Source: the human T2T-CHM13v2.0 reference genome, Homo sapiens. Taken from it: 64,000 bases of DNA. The position numbers and the translations under genes are program-made. Under the pieces are notes generated by a model, which worked only from the letters and a program-made list of their open reading frames with translations, ran no database searches and was not told the origin of the DNA. The stretch is from NCBI RefSeq assembly GCF_009914755.1, contig NC_060946.1; one strand, written 5' to 3'. This document shows, one piece after another, positions 62,715 to 64,000 of the stretch (position 1 is the first letter of the stretch; each line of letters starts with the position of its first letter).

Positions 62715-64000
62715 GATCACTCAGGTGATGTAAGTATTTTCTAGGCTCTGCTTCAAGGGGCTTTGTCACATATCTCTGCACTGATCACCCAGGTGATGTA
62801 ACTCTTGCCTAGGCTTTGCCTACAGGGAACATTGGACATATATCTGCACTGATCACCCAGGTGATGCAACTCTTGCCTAGGCTTTGCCTACAGGGGACAT
62901 TGAGACATATCTCTGCACTGATCACCCAGGTGATCTTACTCTGGTCTAAGCTCTGCCTAAAGGGGCATTGTGACAGATCTCTGCACTGATCACTCTGGTG
63001 ATGTAAGTATTGTCTAGGCTCTGCTTCAAGGGGCTTTGTCACATATCTCTGCACTGATCACCCAGGTGATGTAACTCTTGTCTAGGCTCTGCTTCCAGGG
63101 CATATTGTGACATATCTATGCACTGATCACCTTAGTGATGTAACACTTTGGTAGGCTCGGCCTACAGGGGAATGTTGACATATCTCTGCACTGTTAACCG
63201 AGGTGATTTAACTCTTGTCTAGGCTGTGCCCACAGGGGGATTGAGACATATCTCTGCACTGATCCCGAGGTGATACAACTCTTGCCTGGTCTCTGCCTAC
63301 TGTGGACATTGAGACATATCTCTGCACTGATCTCCCAGGTGCTGTAACTTTAGTCTAGGCTCTGGCTACACGGCATTGTGACATATCACTGCACTGATCA
63401 ACCAGGTGATATAACTCTTGTATAGGCTCTGCGTACAGGGGGATTGTGACCTACCTCTGCACTGATCACCCAGGTGATATAACTCTTCTCTAGGATCTTC
63501 CTACAGGGTACTTTGTGACATATCCCTGCACTGATCACCCAGGTGATCTATCTCTGGTCTAACCTCTGCCTAAAGGGGCATTGTGACAGATCTCTGCACT
63601 GATCACTCAGGTGATGTAAGTATTGTCTAGGCTCTGCTTCAAGGGGCCTTGTCACATATCTCTGCACTGATCACCCAGGTGATGTAACTCTTGTCTAGGC
63701 TCTGCTTCCAGGGCATATTGTGACATATCTATGCACTGATCACCTTAGTGATGTAACACTTTGGTAGGCTCGGCCTACAGGGGATTCTTGACATATCTCT
63801 GCACTGTTAACCGAGGTGATTTGACTCTTGTCTAGGCTGTGCCCACAGGGGGATTGAGACATATCTCTGCACTGATCCCGAGGTGATACAACTCTTGCCT
63901 GGTCTCTGCCTACTGTGGACATTGTGAAATATCTCTGCACTGATCTCCCAGGTGCTGTAACTTTAGTCTAGGCTCTGGCTACACGGCATTGTGACATATC
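62715..64000 (+). repeat. Rearranged beta-satellite zone: A, B/V hybrid, W', b, A, B, C, D, E, F/Y, Z, a, b, A, B, C, D, E, F (273-bp and 613-bp loops)
   Basis: Monomer A at 62715 and 62988 (273 apart). GTTAAC at 63193 and 63806, and GATCTCCCAGG at 63329 and 63942 (both 613 apart). Confidence 0.88.

Larger units (their letters stand above)
1..64000 (+). repeat. Beta-satellite (BSR, 68-bp Sau3A family) tandem array, about 940 monomers in one orientation, extending beyond both window edges
   Basis: A 66-69 bp monomer repeats without interruption. The core TCTCTGCACTGATCACCCAGGTGATGTAACTCTTGTCTAGGCTCTGCCTACAGGGG matches the beta-satellite consensus I recognise. Most monomers begin with GATC (Sau3A). 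Confidence 0.96.

Noticed and set aside
751-63940. Dozens of 60-81 aa minus-strand ORFs (MISAEISH…, MHHLGDQC…, MCYITWV…)
   Set aside because: They are translations of satellite monomers recurring with the HOR period. They appear and vanish with single SNVs, and the same peptides shift frame because 68 is not a multiple of 3. The strand bias reflects the many TGA/TAA/TAG triplets on the plus strand.
1-64000. CRISPR-like pattern: a palindromic conserved core alternating with more variable about 35-bp segments
   Set aside because: The variable segments are homologous to each other and recur in fixed order each HOR. The core itself is degenerate, and there are no cas genes or leader.
1-64000. 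D4Z4/DUX4, LSAU, rDNA, Alu/L1 or alpha-satellite sequence often found next to beta-satellite
   Set aside because: I saw no GC-rich, unique, poly(A)-tailed or 171-bp-period segment. All length differences between units are whole monomers or 1-2 bp indels.
1-64000. Strand inversion within the array
   Set aside because: Monomers read in the same orientation throughout, and all repeat-derived ORFs lie on one strand.
1-64000. Assignment to a specific species or chromosome
   Set aside because: Beta-satellite occurs at several loci in human and other apes. There is no unique anchor in the window, so an alignment is required.

Overview
The whole 64-kb window is one uninterrupted, head-to-tail array of a 68-bp monomer (consensus GATCACCCAGGTGATGTAACTCTTGTCTAGGCTCTGCCTACAGGGGCATTGTGACATATCTCTGCACT, about 940 copies). 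I recognise it as the hominoid beta-satellite (BSR / Sau3A 68-bp family). I see no genes, RNA genes, transposons, CRISPR array, inversions or unique sequence, and the short minus-strand ORFs are translation artefacts of the repeat. The interest lies in the architecture. The monomers form a 28-monomer higher-order repeat (HOR) of about 1906 bp, which I label A-Z,a,b; a single GTTAAC (HpaI) site in monomer D marks each unit (35 sites). The array has four domains: (1) about 1-12.5 kb, a 27-mer (Y/Z fusion) mixed with a 23-mer; (2) about 12.5-50 kb, the canonical 28-mer with local 9-mer and 10-mer tandem duplications; (3) about 50-62.7 kb, a different, independently derived 27-mer (W/X fusion); (4) beyond about 62.7 kb, a breakdown into 4-mer and 9-mer loops. 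Shared private SNVs reveal multi-kb block duplications at offsets of 3402, 3674, 5715, 5718, 6333, 8640, 9253, 10145, 19732 and 22591 bp. I found no new gene-encoded system. Whether this 28-mer HOR family is already catalogued, and from which species or chromosome, cannot be told from the sequence alone. All coordinates were read by eye and block boundaries are approximate.
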